This document shows positions 22,111-34,748 of a stretch of DNA of 64,000 nucleotides, piece after piece. The stretch comes from Macrostomum lignano (lineage: Eukaryota). The number at the start of each line of letters is the position of its first letter. Positions within the stretch are counted from its first letter, which is position 1. The notes beneath the pieces are model-generated. The model did no database searches. It was not told the origin of the DNA and saw only the letters and a program-made list of their open reading frames with translations. Location: the NCBI GenBank assembly GCA_002269645.1, contig NIVC01001393.1, positions 162,481 through 226,480 on the forward strand, written 5' to 3'. A program made the position numbers and the translations under genes.

Positions 22111-22515
22111 TCCGTCTACTTCTAGCGAATGCTGCGGACCAAGCAAAAGAAAACGGCCCTTAAAATCAAAGATTGCGAAGGCACAGAAGCAGCTGAGCCT
22201 AGCAGGTTTATTTAAAGAAATTTTCCAAAATTTCCCTTTCCTTTTCTTTTTTCCACGCTATCAGCTGGTTGGAATCTGAAAAGCTTTTTATGTCAATAAA
22301 ATCTCAAAAAATATGGGGAAAATCAGTTTTAATTATGCTTCTGATGTACTCGTAAATGCAAAACATATTTGTCCACACTGTGTTGACACCTGCGACATGC
22401 CGCTTTATTAGCAGCCCGGTACCACCTGAGCTGTCGCTTTGTGCGACAGAAATCCGAATTTGCAGGTAAACACAGCTACCTGGAATTCCTGTCTGAAAAA
22501 CTGCAAGAATTGAGG

Positions 22516-25500
22516 ATCTGGGATCTAAACTAAAGATCTGCAGGGATCTAAACTCAGGATCTGGGATCTAAACTGAGGATCTGCAGGGATCTAAACTAAA
22601 GATCTGCAGGGATCTAAACTCAGGATCTGCAGGGATCTAAACTCAGGATCTGCAGGGATCTAAACTCAGGATCTGCAGGGATCTAAACTCAGGATCTGCA
22701 GGGATCTAAACTCAGGATCTGCAGGGATCTAAAATGAGGATCTGCAGGGATCTAAAATGAGGATCTGCAGGGATCTAAACTAAAGATCTGCAGGTATCTA
22801 AACTCAGGATCTGCAGGTATCTAAACTCAGGATCTGCAGGGATCTAAACTCAGGATCTGCAGGGATCTAAACTCAGGATCTGCAGGGATCTAAACTCAGG
22901 ATCTGCAGGGATCTAAACTCAGGATCTGCAGGGATCTAAAATTAGGATCTGCAGGGATCTAAAATGAGGATCTGCAGGGATCTAAACTAAAGATCTGCAG
23001 GGATCTAAACTCAGGATCTGCAGGTATCTAAACTCAGGATCTGCAGGGATCTAAACTCAGGATCTGCAGGGATCTAAACTCAGGATCTGCAGGGATCTAA
23101 ACTCAGGATCTGCAGGGATCTAAACTAAAGATCTGCAGGGATCTAAACTCAGGATCTGCAGGTATCTAAACTCAGGATCTGCAGGGATCTAAAATGAGGA
23201 TCTGCAGGGATCTAAAATGAGGATCTGCAGGGATCTAAACTAAAGATCTGCAGGTATCTAAACTCAGGATCTGCAGGTATCTAAACTCAGGATCTGCAGG
23301 GATCTAAACTCAGGATCTGCAGGGATCTAAACTCAGGATCTGCAGGGATCTAAACTCAGGATCTGCAGGGATCTAAACTAAAGATCTGCAGGGATCTAAA
23401 CTCAGGATCTGCAGGTATCTAAACTCAGGATCTGCAGGGATCTAAACTCAGGATCTGCAGGGATCTAAACTCAGGATCTGCAGGGATCTAAACTCAGGAT
23501 CTGCAGGGATCTAAACTAAAGATCTGCAGGTATCTAAACTCAGGATCTGCAGGTATCTAAACTCAGGATCTGCAGGGATCTAAACTCAGGATCTGCAGGG
23601 ATCTAAACTCAGGATCTGCAGGGATCTAAACTCAGGATCTGCAGGGATCTAAACTAAAGATCTGCAGGGATCTAAACTCAGGATCTGCAGGTATCTAAAC
23701 TCAGGATCTGCAGGGATCTAAACTCAAGATCTGCAGGGATCTAAACTCAGGATCTGCAGGGATCTAAACTCAGGATCTGCAGGAATCTAAACTAAAGATC
23801 TGCAGGTATCTAAACTCAGGATCTGCGGGTATCTAAACTCAGGATCTGCAGGGATCTAAACTCAGGATCTGCAGGGATCTAAACTCAGGATCTGCAGGGA
23901 TCTAAACTCAGGATCTGCAGGGATCTAAACTCAGGATCTGCAGGTATCTAAACTCAGGATCTGCAGGGATCTAAACTCAGGATCTGCAGGGATCTAAACT
24001 CAGGATCTGCAGGGATCTAAACTCAGGATCTGCAGGGATCTAAACTCAGGATCTGCAGGGATCTAAACTAAAGATCTGCAGGTATCTAAACTCAGGATCT
24101 GCAGGGATCTAAACTCAGGATCTGCAGGGATCTAAACTCAGGATCTGCAGGGATCTAAACTCAGGATCTGCAGGGATCTAAACTCAGGATCTGCAGGGAT
24201 CTAAACTCAGGATCTGCAGGGATCTAAACTCAGGATCTGCAGGGATCTAAACTCAGGATCTGCAGGGATCTAAACTCAAGATCTGCAGGGATCTAAACTC
24301 AAGATCTGCAGGTATCTAAACTCAGGATCTGCAGGTATCTAAACTCAAGATCTGCAGGGATCTAAACTCAGGATCTGCAGGTATCTAAACTCAAGATCTG
24401 CAGGTATCTAAACTCAGGATCTGCAGGGATCTAAACTCAGGATCTGCAGGGATCTAAACTCAGGATCTGCAGGGATCTAAACTCAGGATCTGCAGGGATC
24501 TAAACTCAAGATCTGCAGGTATCTAAACTCAGGATCTGCAGGGATCTAAACTCAGGATCTGCAGGGATCTAAACTCAGGATCTGCAGGGATCTAAACTGA
24601 GGATCTGCAGGGATCTAAACTCAGGATCTGCAGGTATCTAAACTCAGGATCTGCAGGGATCTAAACTCAGGATCTGCAGGTATCTAAACTCAGGATCTGC
24701 AGGGATCTAAACTCAGGATCTGCAGGTATCTAAACTCAGGATCTGCAGGTATCTAAACTCAGGATCTGCAGGGATCTAAACTCAGGATCTGCAGGTATCT
24801 AAACTCAGGATCTGCAGGGATCTAAACTCAGGATCTGCAGGGATCTAAACTCAGGATCTGCAGGGATCTAAACTGAGGATCTGCAGGTATCTAAACTCAG
24901 GATCTGCAGGGATCTAAACTCAGGATCTGCAGGGATCTAAACTGAGGATCTGCAGGGATCTAAACTCAGGATCTGCAGGGATCTAAACTCAGGATCTGCA
25001 GGGATCTAAAATGAGGATCTGCAGGGATCTAAACTCAGGATCTGCAGGGATCTAAACTCAGGATCTGCAGGGATCTAAACTCAGGATCTGCAGGGATCTA
25101 AACTGAGGATCTGCAGGGATCTAAACTCAGGATCTGCAGGTATCTAAACTCAGGATCTGCAGGTATCTAAACTCAGGATCTGCAGGGATCTAAACTCAGG
25201 ATCTGCAGGGATCTAAACTCAGGATCTGCAGGGATCTAAACTCAGGATCTGCAGGGATCTAAACTCAGGATCTGCAGGGATCTAAACTCAGGATCTGCAG
25301 GGATCTAAACTCAGGATCTGCAGGGATCTAAACTCAGGATCTGCAGGTATCTAAACTCAGGATCTGCAGGGATCTAAACTCAGGATCTGCAGGGATCTAA
25401 ACTCAGGATCTGCAGGGATCTAAACTCAGGATCTGCAGGTATCTAAACTCAGGATCTGCAGGTATCTAAACTCAGGATCTGCAGGTATCTAAACTCAGGA

Positions 25501-28500
25501 TCTGCAGGGATCTAAACTCAGGATCTGCAGGTATCTAAACTCAGGATCTGCAGGGATCTAAACTCAGGATCTGCAGGGATCTAAACTCAGGATCTGCAGG
25601 TATCTAAACTCAGGATCTGCAGGGATCTAAACTCAGGATCTGCAGGGATCTAAACTCAGGATCTGCAGGGATCTAAACTCAGGATCTGCAGGGATCTAAA
25701 CTCAGGATCTGCAGGGATCTAAACTCAGGATCTGCAGGGATCTAAACTCAGGATCTGCAGGGATCTAAACTGAGGATCTGCAGGGATCTAAACTCAGGAT
25801 CTGCAGGGATCTAAAATGAGGATCTGCAGGGATCTAAACTCAGGATCTGCAGGGATCTAAACTCAGGATCTGCAGGGATCTAAACTCAGGATCTGCAGGG
25901 ATCTAAACTGAGGATCTGCAGGGATCTAAACTGAGGATCTGCAGGGATCTAAACTGAGGATCTGCAGGGATCTAAACTGAGGATCTGCAGGGATCTAAAC
26001 TGAGGATCTGCAGGGATCTAAACTCAGGATCTGCAGGGATCTAAACTCAGGATCTGCAGGGATCTAAACTGAGGATCTGCAGGGATCTAAACTCAGGATC
26101 TGCAGGGATCTAAACTCAGGATCTGCAGGGATCTAAACTCAGGATCTGCAGGGATCTAAACTCAGGATCTGCAGGATCTAAACTCAGGATCTGCAGGGAT
26201 CTAAACTCAGGATCTGCAGGGATCTAAACTCAGGATCTGCAGGGATCTAAACTCAGGATCTGCAGGGATCTAAACTCAGGATCTGCAGGGATCTAAACTC
26301 AGGATCTGCAGGGATCTAAACTCAGGATCTGCAGGGATCTAAACTCAGGATCTGCAGGGATCTAAACTCAGGATCTGCAGGGATCTAAACTCAGGATCTG
26401 CAGGGATCTAAACTCAGGATCTGCAGGGATCTAAACTCAGGATCTGCAGGGATCTAAACTCAGGATCTGCAGGGATCTAAACTCAGGATCTGCAGGGATC
26501 TAAACTCAGGATCTGCAGGGATCTAAACTCAGGATCTGCAGGGATCTAAACTCAGGATCTGCAGGGATCTAAAATGAGGATCTGCAGGGATCTAAACTCA
26601 GGATCTGCAGGGATCTAAACTCAGGATCTGCAGGGATCTAAACTCAGGATCTGCAGGGATCTAAACTCAGGATCTGCAGGGATCTAAACTCAGGATCTGC
26701 AGGGATCTAAACTCAGGATCTGCAGGGATCTAAACTCAGGATCTGCAGGGATCTAAACTCAGGATCTGCAGGGATCTAAACTCAGGATCTGCAGGGATCT
26801 AAACTCAGGATCTGCAGGGATCTAAACTGAGGATCTGCAGGGATCTAAACTCAGGATCTGCAGGGATCTAAACTCAGGATCTGCAGGGATCTAAACTGAG
26901 GATCTGCAGGGATCTAAACTGAGGATCTGCAGGGATCTAAACTCAGGATCTGCAGGGATCTAAACTCAGGATCTGCAGGGATCTAAACTCAGGATCTGCA
27001 GGGATCTAAACTCAGGATCTGCAGGGATCTAAACTCAGGATCTGCAGGGATCTAAACTCAGGATCTGCAGGGATCTAAACTCAGGATCTGCAGGGATCTA
27101 AACTCAGGATCTGCAGGGATCTAAACTCAGGATCTGCAGGGATCTAAACTCAGGATCTGCAGGGATCTAAACTCAGGATCTGCAGGGATCTAAACTCAGG
27201 ATCTGCAGGGATCTAAACTCAGGATCTGCAGGGATCTAAACTCAGGATCTGCAGGGATCTAAACTCAGGATCTGCAGGGATCTAAACTCAGGATCTGCAG
27301 GGATCTAAACTCAGGATCTGCAGGGATCTAAACTCAGGATCTGCAGGGATCTAAACTCAGGATCTGCAGGGATCTAAACTCAGGATCTGCAGGGATCTAA
27401 ACTCAGGATCTGCAGGGATCTAAAATGAGGATCTGCAGGGATCTAAACTCAGGATCTGCAGGGATCTAAACTCAGGATCTGCAGGGATCTAAACTGAGGA
27501 TCTGCAGGGATCTAAACTCAGGATCTGCAGGGATCTAAACTCAGGATCTGCAGGGATCTAAACTGAGGATCTGCAGGGATCTAAACTGAGGATCTGCAGG
27601 GATCTAAACTCAGGATCTGCAGGGATCTAAACTGAGGATCTGCAGGGATCTAAACTGAGGATCTGCAGGGATCTAAACTCAGGATCTGCAGGGATCTAAA
27701 CTCAGGATCTGCAGGGATCTAAACTGAGGATCTGCAGGGATCTAAACTCAGGATCTGCAGGGATCTAAACTCAGGATCTGCAGGGATCTAAACTGAGGAT
27801 CTGCAGGGATCTAAACTCAGGATCTGCAGGGATCTAAACTCAGGATCTGCAGGGATCTAAAATGAGGATCTGCAGGGATCTAAACTGAGGATCTGCAGGG
27901 ATCTAAACTCAGGATCTGCAGGGATCTAAACTGAGGATCTGCAGGGATCTAAACTGAGGATCTGCAGGGATCTAAACTGAGGATCTGCAGGGATCTAAAC
28001 TCAGGATCTGCAGGGATCTAAACTCAGGATCTGCAGGGATCTAAACTCAGGATCTGCAGGGATCTAAACTCAGGATCTGCAGGGATCTAAACTCAGGATC
28101 TGCAGGGATCTAAACTCAGGATCTGCAGGGATCTAAACTCAGGATCTGCAGGGATCTAAACTCAGGATCTGCAGGGATCTAAACTCAGGATCTGCAGGGA
28201 TCTAAACTCAGGATCTGCAGGGATCTAAACTCAGGATCTGCAGGGATCTAAACTCAGGATCTGCAGGGATCTAAACTCAGGATCTGCAGGGATCTAAACT
28301 CAGGATCTGCAGGGATCTAAACTCAGGATCTGCAGGGATCTAAACTCAGGATCTGCAGGGATCTAAACTCAGGATCTGCAGGGATCTAAACTCAGGATCT
28401 GCAGGGATCTAAACTCAGGATCTGCAGGGATCTAAACTCAGGATCTGCAGGGATCTAAACTCAGGATCTGCAGGGATCTAAACTCAGGATCTGCAGGGAT

Positions 28501-31500
28501 CTAAACTCAGGATCTGCAGGGATCTAAAATGAGGATCTGCAGGGATCTAAACTCAGGATCTGCAGGGATCTAAACTCAGGATCTGCAGGGATCTAAACTG
28601 AGGATCTGCAGGGATCTAAACTCAGGATCTGCAGGGATCTAAACTCAGGATCTGCAGGGATCTAAACTGAGGATCTGCAGGGATCTAAACTGAGGATCTG
28701 CAGGGATCTAAACTCAGGATCTGCAGGGATCTAAACTCAGGATCTGCAGGGATCTAAACTCAGGATCTGCAGGGATCTAAACTCAGGATCTGCAGGGATC
28801 TAAACTCAGGATCTGCAGGGATCTAAACTCAGGATCTGCAGGGATCTAAAATGAGGATCTGCAGGGATCTAAACTCAGGATCTGCAGGGATCTAAACTCA
28901 GGATCTGCAGGGATCTAAAATGAGGATCTGCAGGGATCTAAACTCAGGATCTGCAGGGATCTAAACTCAGGATCTGCAGGGATCTAAAATGAGGATCTGC
29001 AGGGATCTAAACTGAGGATCTGCAGGGATCTAAACTCAGGATCTGCAGGGATCTAAACTCAGGATCTGCAGGGATCTAAACTGAGGATCTGCAGGGATCT
29101 AAACTGAGGATCTGCAGGGATCTAAACTCAGGATCTGCAGGGATCTAAACTCAGGATCTGCAGGGATCTAAACTCAGGATCTGCAGGGATCTAAACTGAG
29201 GATCTGCAGGGATCTAAACTCAGGATCTGCAGGGATCTAAACTCAGGATCTGCAGGGATCTAAACTCAGGATCTGCAGGGATCTAAACTCAGGATCTGCA
29301 GGGATCTAAACTCAGGATCTGCAGGGATCTAAACTCAGGATCTGCAGGGATCTAAACTGAGGATCTGCAGGGATCTAAACTCAGGATCTGCAGGGATCTA
29401 AACTCAGGATCTGCAGGGATCTAAACTCAGGATCTGCAGGGATCTAAAATGAGGATCTGCAGGGATCTAAACTCAGGATCTGCAGGGATCTAAACTCAGG
29501 ATCTGCAGGGATCTAAACTCAGGATCTGCAGGGATCTAAACTCAGGATCTGCAGGGATCTAAACTCAGGATCTGCAGGGATCTAAACTCAGGATCTGCAG
29601 GGATCTAAACTGAGGATCTGCAGGGATCTAAACTCAGGATCTGCAGGGATCTAAACTCAGGATCTGCAGGGATCTAAACTCAGGATCTGCAGGGATCTAA
29701 AATGAGGATCTGCAGGGATCTAAACTCAGGATCTGCAGGGATCTAAACTCAGGATCTGCAGGGATCTAAACTCAGGATCTGCAGGGATCTAAACTGAGGA
29801 TCTGCAGGGATCTAAACTCAGGATCTGCAGGGATCTAAACTCAGGATCTGCAGGGATCTAAACTGAGGATCTGCAGGGATCTAAACTCAGGATCTGCAGG
29901 GATCTAAACTCAGGATCTGCAGGGATCTAAACTGAGGATCTGCAGGGATCTAAACTGAGGATCTGCAGGGATCTAAACTCAGGATCTGCAGGGATCTAAA
30001 CTGAGGATCTGCAGGGATCTAAACTGAGGATCTGCAGGGATCTAAACTGAGGATCTGCAGGGATCTAAACTCAGGATCTGCAGGGATCTAAACTCAGGAT
30101 CTGCAGGGATCTAAACTCAGGATCTGCAGGGATCTAAACTCAGGATCTGCAGGGATCTAAACTCAGGATCTGCAGGGATCTAAACTCAGGATCTGCAGGG
30201 ATCTAAACTCAGGATCTGCAGGGATCTAAACTCAGGATCTGCAGGGATCTAAACTCAGGATCTGCAGGGATCTAAACTCAGGATCTGCAGGGATCTAAAC
30301 TCAGGATCTGCAGGGATCTAAACTCAGGATCTGCAGGGATCTAAACTCAGGATCTGCAGGGATCTAAACTGAGGATCTGCAGGGATCTAAACTCAGGATC
30401 TGCAGGGATCTAAACTCAGGATCTGCAGGGATCTAAACTCAGGATCTGCAGGGATCTAAACTCAGGATCTGCAGGGATCTAAACTCAGGATCTGCAGGGA
30501 TCTAAACTCAGGATCTGCAGGGATCTAAAATGAGGATCTGCAGGGATCTAAACTCAGGATCTGCAGGGATCTAAACTCAGGATCTGCAGGGATCTAAACT
30601 GAGGATCTGCAGGGATCTAAACTGAGGATCTGCAGGGATCTAAACTCAGGATCTGCAGGGATCTAAACTGAGGATCTGCAGGGATCTAAACTGAGGATCT
30701 GCAGGGATCTAAACTCAGGATCTGCAGGGATCTAAACTCAGGATCTGCAGGGATCTAAACTGAGGATCTGCAGGGATCTAAACTGAGGATCTGCAGGGAT
30801 CTAAACTCAGGATCTGCAGGGATCTAAACTGAGGATCTGCAGGGATCTAAAATGAGGATCTGCAGGGATCTAAACTGAGGATCTGCAGGGATCTAAACTC
30901 AGGATCTGCAGGGATCTAAACTGAGGATCTGCAGGGATCTAAACTGAGGATCTGCAGGGATCTAAACTCAGGATCTGCAGGGATCTAAACTCAGGATCTG
31001 CAGGGATCTAAAATGAGGATCTGCAGGGATCTAAACTGAGGATCTGCAGGGATCTAAACTCAGGATCTGCAGGGATCTAAACTGAGGATCTGCAGGGATC
31101 TAAACTGAGGATCTGCAGGGATCTAAACTCAGGATCTGCAGGGATCTAAACTGAGGATCTGCAGGGATCTAAACTGAGGATCTGCAGGGATCTAAACTGA
31201 GGATCTGCAGGGATCTAAACTCAGGATCTGCAGGGATCTAAACTCAGGATCTGCAGGGATCTAAACTGAGGATCTGCAGGGATCTAAACTGAGGATCTGC
31301 AGGGATCTAAACTCAGGATCTGCAGGGATCTAAACTCAGGATCTGCAGGGATCTAAACTCAGGATCTGCAGGGATCTAAACTCAGGATCTGCAGGGATCT
31401 AAACTCAGGATCTGCAGGGATCTAAACTCAGGATCTGCAGGGATCTAAAATGAGGATCTGCAGGGATCTAAACTCAGGATCTGCAGGGATCTAAACTCAG

Positions 31501-32400
31501 GATCTGCAGGGATCTAAAATGAGGATCTGCAGGGATCTAAACTCAGGATCTGCAGGGATCTAAACTCAGGATCTGCAGGGATCTAAACTCAGGATCTGCA
31601 GGGATCTAAACTCAGGATCTGCAGGGATCTAAACTCAGGATCTGCAGGGATCTAAACTCAGGATCTGCAGGGATCTAAAATGAGGATCTGCAGGGATCTA
31701 AAATGAGGATCTGCAGGGATCTAAACTCAGGATCTGCAGGGATCTAAACTCAGGATCTGCAGGGATCTAAACTGAGGATCTGCAGGGATCTAAACTGAGG
31801 ATCTGCAGGGATCTAAACTCAGGATCTGCAGGGATCTAAACTCAGGATCTGCAGGGATCTAAACTCAGGATCTGCAGGGATCTAAACTCAGGATCTGCAG
31901 GGATCTAAACTCAGGATCTGCAGGGATCTAAACTCAGGATCTGCAGGGATCTAAACTCAGGATCTGCAGGGATCTAAACTCAGGATCTGCAGGGATCTAA
32001 ACTCAGGATCTGCAGGGATCTAAACTCAGGATCTGCTGGGATCTAAACAGAGGATCTTGGATCGAAACTGAGGATCTTGGATCAAAACTGAGGATCTCGG
32101 ATCTAAATCGAGGATCTGATACATGTATTCAATATGAGAATATGATATATAAACTGCGGATTTGGCATCTAAATGGAGAATCTGGGATCCAAACTGAGGA
32201 TCTGAAATAAAAAATGAGTATTTGGGATCTAAATCAAGGATCTGATATTCAATAAGAGAATATGGAATCTAAATTGAGGATCTGGGATCTAAACTGACGA
32301 TCTGGGATCTAAACTGACGATCTGGGATCTAAACTGACGATCTGGGATCTAAATCAAGGATCTGATATTCAATATGTGGATCTGGGATCGAAACTAAGGA
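22516..32400 (+). repeat. 23-bp satellite (GGGATCTAAACTCAGGATCTGCA), about 410 copies, with degenerate shorter units at both edges
   Basis: Highly homogeneous core at about 22540-32035; edge units lack the CA of TGCAGG. Confidence 0.98.
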
Positions 32401-32936
32401 TGTGCAATAGAAATCCCTTTAAAACCAGCATGATCGCATGACTAACAGGCAGTGCTTTCAATTATCTTATACATTAATTAAAACAGCATAGCTAATGAAG
32501 GAGCCGATAGTCAAGATATTTTAACGAGTTCAATAAACGCTTCAATTAAAAAAATCAGGGGTCTCATTTTCAACTGATTGGGGCGCCCCTTTGATCGCTA
32601 GTCAGCCTGCAACAATCAGTCATGACTGGCTTTTGCTGGGCGACTTTGAAGCAGACAAATATGCGTGTGCTAATTATAGTTCCTGCCATTGATGTGGGCG
32701 AGCTAATGAATGGAATTGCTTGCTTTCTTTCAGTGTGGTCCCTGCAGGCACAGTTAGGATAAATTAAAAATGAAATGCATTGTCTATTCATTTTCGTTTT
32801 TCTGCTTTTTTGCAAAAAATCGAGTTTTATTTCAGGCTGCAGATTTCAACCCGGGCAATTCAGGGTCGGGAAGTACTTGCAGTGAGTTCATTTGTGGCGT
32901 GAGCAACGTCATACTGCACCCCCGACTGTTCTACCC

Positions 32937-33100
32937 CCCTTGTCCTACTGGCGCCTCACTTGTCCTACTGGCACCTCACTTGTCCTACTGGCGCCTCACT
33001 TGTCCTACTGGCGCCTCACTTGTCCTACTGGCGCCTCACTTGTCCTACTGGCGGCTCACTTGTCCTAATGTGACGCCCTCCTTGTCCTACTGGCGCCCTT
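32937..33100 (+). repeat. 20-bp minisatellite (CTTGTCCTACTGGCGCCTCA), about 7 copies
   Basis: Direct inspection. Confidence 0.9.
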
Positions 33101-33699
33101 TCGTTCAATTAGACGGATGCTGAGTTCACAATAAACCAATCAAATGAATTCAAGACTTTTATTGCTCTTTTTGATGGTGAATAGATTTTAGTGAATTAAA
33201 GTGAAATGAAATAATTTATTCAAAATCTGTCTAATATGCTTTGCAAGGATCCGAGCATTTGCAACCAAATAACGCAAGCGGCGAAAAAATTAAAATTCAT
33301 TTAAGCAATTCAAAATTAAAAAATTAATTTCTTTGTACTATGCCGCCTTTACTATTTAATTGATTGAATTCGTTGAAGCACTCGTCACAATCTCCGCTAT
33401 TCTCAGACAGGAGGTACTAATTAATTAATTAATAATGATAAACTAAAAATGAAATTGCCAACTTGTTCGACTCTTCGACTTTTTTATTACTTTTTAAAAA
33501 ATACGTTTTTTTGTTTTACCCTCTACTTTTATGAGTATCATAAATAGATAGATACAGTAGTTGATTCTGCACATCAACTGCACAAATCTCTCTTTGGGGT
33601 TTTTTCGAGTTCCGGATTCGTATTTGGTTACGGAATCTTTTTTAGTTTTACTATGATGATGCTGACGTATGTCTGTTTTATGCTTTTTCAAGTCCACAA

Positions 33700-33955
33700 T
33701 TAAACTGGGAAAATAGACAGTGACATAGGGAGAGAGTGACAGAGGGGAGAGTGAAGGAGAAAGTGACAGAGAGGGAGAGTACAGAGGGGAGAGTGGGGGT
33801 GGAAATTGAAGGTAGAGAGCGATCGAAGGTAGAGATCGAGCGATCGAAAGATGCGGAGAGAGTGTGAGAGAGAGAAGGGGAGAGGGGAGAATGACAGTGA
33901 GAGCAACAGAGAGGAGATTGACAGAGAAGTAGAGTGACAGAGGGAGAGTTATCTC
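33700..33955 (+). repeat. GA-rich low-complexity tract
   Basis: Purine-rich, non-periodic. Confidence 0.8.
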
Positions 33956-34748
33956 AGATCGCAACTGCAAGTTACGCAACTGGAATCCCGCTCGGGGAAC
34001 GGCATTATTCAATTGCACACATTATGCAGCCCAGCGCTGTACAGTGCAGTGGCCTGTCGTTATCGAATGCGACGGAACGGGAGGCGCGAGAGAAATTTGC
34101 TCAATCATGATTCAGCTATAGCTAAGGGTTTTGCTCGCAACGCCTTGTTAATTGTAACAACCGAGGCGGAGTCAATATTTTGTGTGCAGTCAAACTCTTA
34201 CACTCCCCGGCAACGCCTCCGGGCGCTATATATCCACCCCGGCCACTCTGCAACTAATCATGCCAAACCAACCAACCAATCGCCGTGTACACTGACTGGT
34301 ACGCCTGCAGACTATCGGTACATTTAATATTTAATACATCTCTGAAGAACCATTTAAAAGACTTGTTGAGAAATGAATCCCATAAACATAGTAATATTAA
34401 TCACTATTTCATTGTTTATGAAATATAAATATTATTTCAATGATACCTCAGCTTTAAGTCAATAGAGTGGTGGTATTTGTTAAACGTAATGCCTAGTTAT
34501 TTGTTAAACATAATGTGCTAAATTTTTGAACTAAAAAATCGTAGAAAACTTCGTAGAAAAACATTTAAAATCGAAGCGAAAATCAGTTGACCAACGGGCC
34601 ACACAGTGCTAGCACAACAAAAGTAAATAAAGGCTGAGGCTGATATGAAGAGTTAAGACGTCTTTATAAAATATCCCTAAAAATTTCCTGACTACTTTCC
34701 TTGTCTTTGAACGTCAATTTTATTACCGTTTTCCTTTTCTGCTTCATA

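Noticed and set aside
20686-22279. Repeat ORFs here and at 36388-37396, 40018-40476, 53747-55405, 60194-61068, 62235-62543 and 63308-63806
   Set aside because: All coincide with micro/minisatellites or low-complexity tracts.
22516-32400. CRISPR-like regular repeats
   Set aside because: Units are head-to-tail with no unique spacers, there are no cas genes, and the context is eukaryotic.
32834-32885. Isolated exon-like segments here and at about 19620-19720, 51950-52132, 55624-56010 and 59366-59590
   Set aside because: Plausible splice signals or short ORFs, but no recognisable homology and no consistent gene model; RNA-seq is needed.
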